Source: a virus
Taxonomy: Duplodnaviria > Caudoviricetes
Virus record (IMG/VR): IMGVR_UViG_3300021133_000001
Span: 64,001-128,000 of that record
Reading direction: 5' to 3' (one strand)
Length of the DNA stretch: 64,000 nucleotides
In this document: one piece after another, positions 60,183-64,000 of the stretch
Numbering within the stretch: the stretch's first letter is position 1
Layout: every line of letters begins with the position of its first letter
The notes under the pieces: generated by a model
Database searches by the model: none
Seen by the model: the letters and a program-made list of their open reading frames with translations, nothing else
Told to the model about the DNA's origin: nothing
Made by a program: the position numbers and the translations under genes

Positions 60183-60860
60183 ATGGCTGATACTACTCAA
60201 AATTTACAACAATTTTACCTAGCCGCTAGTGAGTTTGGGTTCTCAAGAGATTTTCAAGCAAGAATTGACTTAATAAAACTTAATGGTTTCGAATTTTTTC
60301 TTACAGGTAAAGCTAATGATACAGCTTATTTGTATATTAAAGAGTTTTCTTTACCCGGAACAAAAAAATCAATTGCATCAGTAAAATACAAAGGGGTAGA
60401 CATAAACGCACCTAGCACAAGAGACTTTGGTAACAGTAAAAGCTGGGAAGTAACGTTTTATGTAGATACATATTTACGGGTAAGGTCTTGGCTTGAAGAT
60501 AGACTTATTGAATCGGCAGCTAACACCCCTGGTACTATAAACCATATACCAAATGAAGCTAAAGACGTTGCACAAGTATCAGTATACGATGATTTGTTAA
60601 ACCAAGTAATTACGTACACTATAAAGGGGTTATTTATAAAAGAATTACCTAATCAAGGTTATAATGTATCAGGTAGCGGCAAAATACAAGAAGTAAAAGT
60701 GGTCTTCGGTTATCAAACTTGGGAATCTGAAATAAAAGTACCTGTTAATGAAAACCCAGATGATAAATACCCGGGTGGTGCACCAGGTTCAAACGGGGTA
60801 CCTGACGTAAAAGAAATTAAACCTTTTCAGTTATTTTCTTTAAACAATCTTTTCAGTTAA
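60183..60860 (+). CDS. Tail tube-like paralogue
   Basis: FSRDFQ, SLPG, WEVTFYVD, V.FGYQTW. Confidence 0.7.
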   Translation: MADTTQNLQQFYLAASEFGFSRDFQARIDLIKLNGFEFFLTGKANDTAYLYIKEFSLPGTKKSIASVKYKGVDINAPSTRDFGNSKSWEVTFYVDTYLRVRSWLEDRLIESAANTPGTINHIPNEAKDVAQVSVYDDLLNQVITYTIKGLFIKELPNQGYNVSGSGKIQEVKVVFGYQTWESEIKVPVNENPDDKYPGGAPGSNGVPDVKEIKPFQLFSLNNLFS

Positions 60861-60861
60861 A

Positions 60862-61503
60862 ATGATAATTTCAAACATAAGTCAATTTTTAAAATCTGTA
60901 TTAGCTAGTCCTGACTTTCATATACCTATAGAGGCAAACTTTGTTGTAGGGTTTGACAATTTAGATCATATTATAGGTAATTTAAACTCTACAATACCTG
61001 ATAGAATAATTAAAACCGGGGATTGGGGTATAGTTAAAGAGGGGTACGATATTTTCTTTGCAAATGGTGTTACTATACCAGGGGAAACAGTTACTTCTAG
61101 TAAAGCTGGGTTTTCTGCAGGAGGAGACGGACTGTATGGTGGTTTACTTTCAGGCCCAGTTTTAACCGGTCGTTCAAACTTAACTAATTTCGAAATAGTG
61201 TTTTTAGAAACAAGCCAGTCGTTTGCAGATCAAGTCATAAGGCCATGGATAGTTAATGCAGCTCATTACGGTCTATTTGCTAGAAAAAAAGATTCAAAAC
61301 AAAATTTTAAAACAGATGTAACTGTTGCTTTTAAGAAAAACACGTCATCTAATTCTAACGACCCGGTAAATCGTAAAACTATAGTGTTTAAAGATGCTGT
61401 ACCAACAAGTATAGAAGGTTATAGTGCAAGTTATGGTGGATCTAAAGTTACTGCTCGTAATATTAAGACTACATGGACATACTCTACATATGAAATAAGT
61501 TAA
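60862..61503 (+). CDS. Baseplate-tube junction protein (gp54/gp48-like tube fold)
   Basis: VTIPGE, FLET..SF.D.VIRPW, FKDAVPTSI, WTYS.Y. Confidence 0.55.
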   Translation: MIISNISQFLKSVLASPDFHIPIEANFVVGFDNLDHIIGNLNSTIPDRIIKTGDWGIVKEGYDIFFANGVTIPGETVTSSKAGFSAGGDGLYGGLLSGPVLTGRSNLTNFEIVFLETSQSFADQVIRPWIVNAAHYGLFARKKDSKQNFKTDVTVAFKKNTSSNSNDPVNRKTIVFKDAVPTSIEGYSASYGGSKVTARNIKTTWTYSTYEIS

Positions 61504-61508
61504 TATAA

Positions 61509-62429
61509 ATGTCTTTTAAGTTAAATGCATACTTGCCTAGCAAAAAGCAGGAAGTATTAATAAGCGAGCTTCATTACAAACAATATAGAGATCTTGTGAA
61601 AAGCTTGCATAATACTGATAAAAAAGAAACTATATTACAGTATAACGCTACTTTAAAAGATCTTTGTCCGGATATAGCTGGATATGATATTACTTTTGAA
61701 GATAAGTTATCCTTGCTTTTAACCATACGTAATTATTGCGTAAGTCCGGATTTAAAACTTAAATGTAATTTACAAGATGGAACGTCTTATAGTTTTACAG
61801 TACCAATAGAAACTATATTAAGTAAAGTTAAAAGTATTAATAAATCCAGTACAGTTGTTTGCAACGATATTACTGTGCAATATTCTAGTTATAAAGTTAG
61901 AGACGAACATGTTTTCCTTAGTAACAACAGAGATACATTTGTTAATTTAGCTTCTATTATAGATAGCCTTAAAATAGAAGAAACGATCGTTATATTCAAG
62001 GATTTAACATTAGAAGCTAGAGTTAAAGTAATACAAGAGTTACCACTTATAGTAATTAAGGCTATTGTAAGGGATATTGAAAAAACTGATCATTTATATG
62101 ACACTGACTTACTTCTAATAAAAGACCCTAATACTGGTAGTATTATATTAAGATTTAATTGTAATATAACATTTGAAATGTTGCAAAAAATGGTAGAGTT
62201 TTTATATACTGAAAGTTTAAATAACATTTATAGAACTCTTTACAACGTAGTAAAGTATCTAGGGTTTTCTGCAGAATATGCAGATAACATTACCCCTATT
62301 GAATTGCAGGTTTACTGGATGTATTTTATGCAAGATAACGCCAAGCAGCAAGAGCAAAACAATGCAGTAAGACCGAGTGGCGGATTAAACATGCCTACCA
62401 GTACACCTAATTCAGAACTAGGCTTTTAG
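61509..62429 (+). CDS. Baseplate hub assembly protein (gp26-like with gp51-like C-terminus)
   Basis: LPS, DK..LLL.IR; C-terminal L.N.Y.....V.YLGFS.EY.D..TP.E..VY. Confidence 0.55.
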   Translation: MSFKLNAYLPSKKQEVLISELHYKQYRDLVKSLHNTDKKETILQYNATLKDLCPDIAGYDITFEDKLSLLLTIRNYCVSPDLKLKCNLQDGTSYSFTVPIETILSKVKSINKSSTVVCNDITVQYSSYKVRDEHVFLSNNRDTFVNLASIIDSLKIEETIVIFKDLTLEARVKVIQELPLIVIKAIVRDIEKTDHLYDTDLLLIKDPNTGSIILRFNCNITFEMLQKMVEFLYTESLNNIYRTLYNVVKYLGFSAEYADNITPIELQVYWMYFMQDNAKQQEQNNAVRPSGGLNMPTSTPNSELGF

Positions 62430-62450
62430 TATAATGATGTAAGTACTTTT

Positions 62451-63191
62451 ATGTCTGATATAAATGAATTTATTGCAAGTATTAACGCTAATGCGGTAAA
62501 AAACTCTATAGAGGTGTTTCTACCTAGCTTTCAAAGAGTGATAAAGTTTAAACCTGTTAGTACAAAGCAATATAAAGATCTATACGCTTGTATCAAAGAC
62601 AACATACTGTATAATACTAAGTTTATTATAGTAACATATAACATTATTAAAGATAACTGCTTAGAACCAGATATACTAGATCAAATAAATATTATTGATA
62701 GAGCGTTTATTTTATTAGCATTAAGAAGAAATATTTTAGGTACTACCGTAAAAAATATCGACTTTAATTCTAACTTAGCACTTGCTTCAACTATAGTATT
62801 ACCTGAAGAAGAGTTGTTGACTGTTAGCAATATAAAAATTAGCACTCAAATACCTACTTTAAAAGAAGTATACGAGATGGAAGTTGAACTTAGAGGAGAT
62901 CTTAAAGAAGAAACAGTCACTATTGATGCTTTAACTGAAAATCTTATTATCGGGGGTTGCTGTAAGTTTATAAAAAAGATACAAGTTGAAGATACTGATT
63001 TAAACTTTAAAGCTTTTAACTATAAAGAGCGTATAAAACTAGTTGAAAGCTTACCGGCTGCTACGTTAAATAGTATTCAAAATTTTGCAGAAAAAGTAAC
63101 CAGTTTACAGGATAATATTACTAATGTGCTAAATAGTAACGGTACTCGTTCTCAATTCTATATAAATACGGATTTCTTTTTAGCTGAATAA
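62451..63191 (+). CDS. Baseplate hub protein paralogue (gp26-like)
   Basis: LPS....IKFKP..TKQ.K.L, DR.FILL.LR, PTL, E...LVESLP. Confidence 0.6.
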   Translation: MSDINEFIASINANAVKNSIEVFLPSFQRVIKFKPVSTKQYKDLYACIKDNILYNTKFIIVTYNIIKDNCLEPDILDQINIIDRAFILLALRRNILGTTVKNIDFNSNLALASTIVLPEEELLTVSNIKISTQIPTLKEVYEMEVELRGDLKEETVTIDALTENLIIGGCCKFIKKIQVEDTDLNFKAFNYKERIKLVESLPAATLNSIQNFAEKVTSLQDNITNVLNSNGTRSQFYINTDFFLAE

Positions 63192-63223
63192 CATAAAGTC
63201 TGGTTTAGTACCTAAGTATTTTT

Positions 63224-64000
63224 ATGGACGGCACCGCTGGAGAACAATCTGGAAATGAAGCGAAATTCGAAACTGCTTTGAATACGCTCACGGATGCTTT
63301 GGTTAAAGGAGATGAATCGAATCCGTCTTTAAAAGAGTTAATAAAAAATTTAAGCAAAAACGTTGATCAGTTAACTAAAGAAACTAAAGAAGCTTCTGAT
63401 AAAGCTGATATTAAAAACAATACTAGAGAAGATTACAATAAAATTGCTTTAGATTATGCGCAAGCTCATTTAAATGGACGTAAGGCTAAGTTTGAAGATA
63501 AAGGAGAAAATGAAACAGATCGTTCAACTAAAGAAAAGCTAAAAAGAATTGAAGATATAACTTCAGATAAGTTAAAACAAGTAGAAGGCTTTATTGGTAA
63601 ATTTATTCCGAAAACCGTACAAAATATATTAGGTTTTATTGGCGGTAAGGAATTACTTGAAGGTCTTAATAAGGCTATTATAGAAAAATCTCAAGACTTG
63701 TTTGCTGGAGAAGAACTAAAAGAGGCAAATGCAATAAAAGAGTTAGAGAGAAAAATAAATAAAAAATCTGTTGAACAGAAAAAATTACAAGCAATAAGCA
63801 AACAAAATACTGATGTCTTAAATAAAGAGCTTAATGAACAGTACGGTATAACCACTGAAGATAATTTAAGTAATGTTTCTAAGGAAGTACCACCGGTTAA
63901 GGTTCAAGTCGATACTGCTGCTAATGAAAAAGAAAAAGTAGAAGCAAAAACACCTGTAGTTATGCCTGCTAACGGCAACCCTGTTACAGCAACTTCTCCT
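63224..64000 (+). CDS. Probable tape-measure/hub protein, partial
   Basis: ATG 63224 after TAAGTA; open to the window end; K/E-rich and helical; position after the hub genes. Confidence 0.5.
   Translation, partial: MDGTAGEQSGNEAKFETALNTLTDALVKGDESNPSLKELIKNLSKNVDQLTKETKEASDKADIKNNTREDYNKIALDYAQAHLNGRKAKFEDKGENETDRSTKEKLKRIEDITSDKLKQVEGFIGKFIPKTVQNILGFIGGKELLEGLNKAIIEKSQDLFAGEELKEANAIKELERKINKKSVEQKKLQAISKQNTDVLNKELNEQYGITTEDNLSNVSKEVPPVKVQVDTAANEKEKVEAKTPVVMPANGNPVTATSP

Noticed and set aside
1-64000. Stop-codon reassignment as in some large phages
   Set aside because: Standard-code ORFs tile the window densely and conserved genes (terminase, sheath) are full length; several genes end in TAG

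Overview
AT-rich, gene-dense segment of a large T4-like (contractile-tailed) phage genome in the standard genetic code. 1-6.7 kb: small accessory genes, UDP-glucose dehydrogenase, a DenV-like glycosylase and two candidate non-coding RNAs. 6.7-51.3 kb: one continuous minus-strand block of about 44.6 kb of virion appendage genes. It holds Ig/propeller/LamG proteins, five S74-chaperone fibres and a family of very long Gly-[F/Y/W/I]-Ser repeat proteins, interleaved with tailoring enzymes (GT2, 2OG-Fe(II) oxygenase, flavin halogenase, U32-methyltransferase fusion) and a membrane transporter. 51.4-64 kb: core morphogenesis genes (acidic protein, terminase large subunit, nucleotidyltransferase, sheath, five tube-fold proteins, baseplate hub proteins, probable tape measure). 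Best candidate for an undescribed system: a virion surface-modification system. A hydrophobic-Ser-(Gly/Ala) motif is amplified into tandem arrays in the fibres, is enriched as LSA/LSG in other virion proteins, and is co-located with sugar and aromatic-tailoring enzymes. All family calls are from motif recognition by eye; no searches were run.
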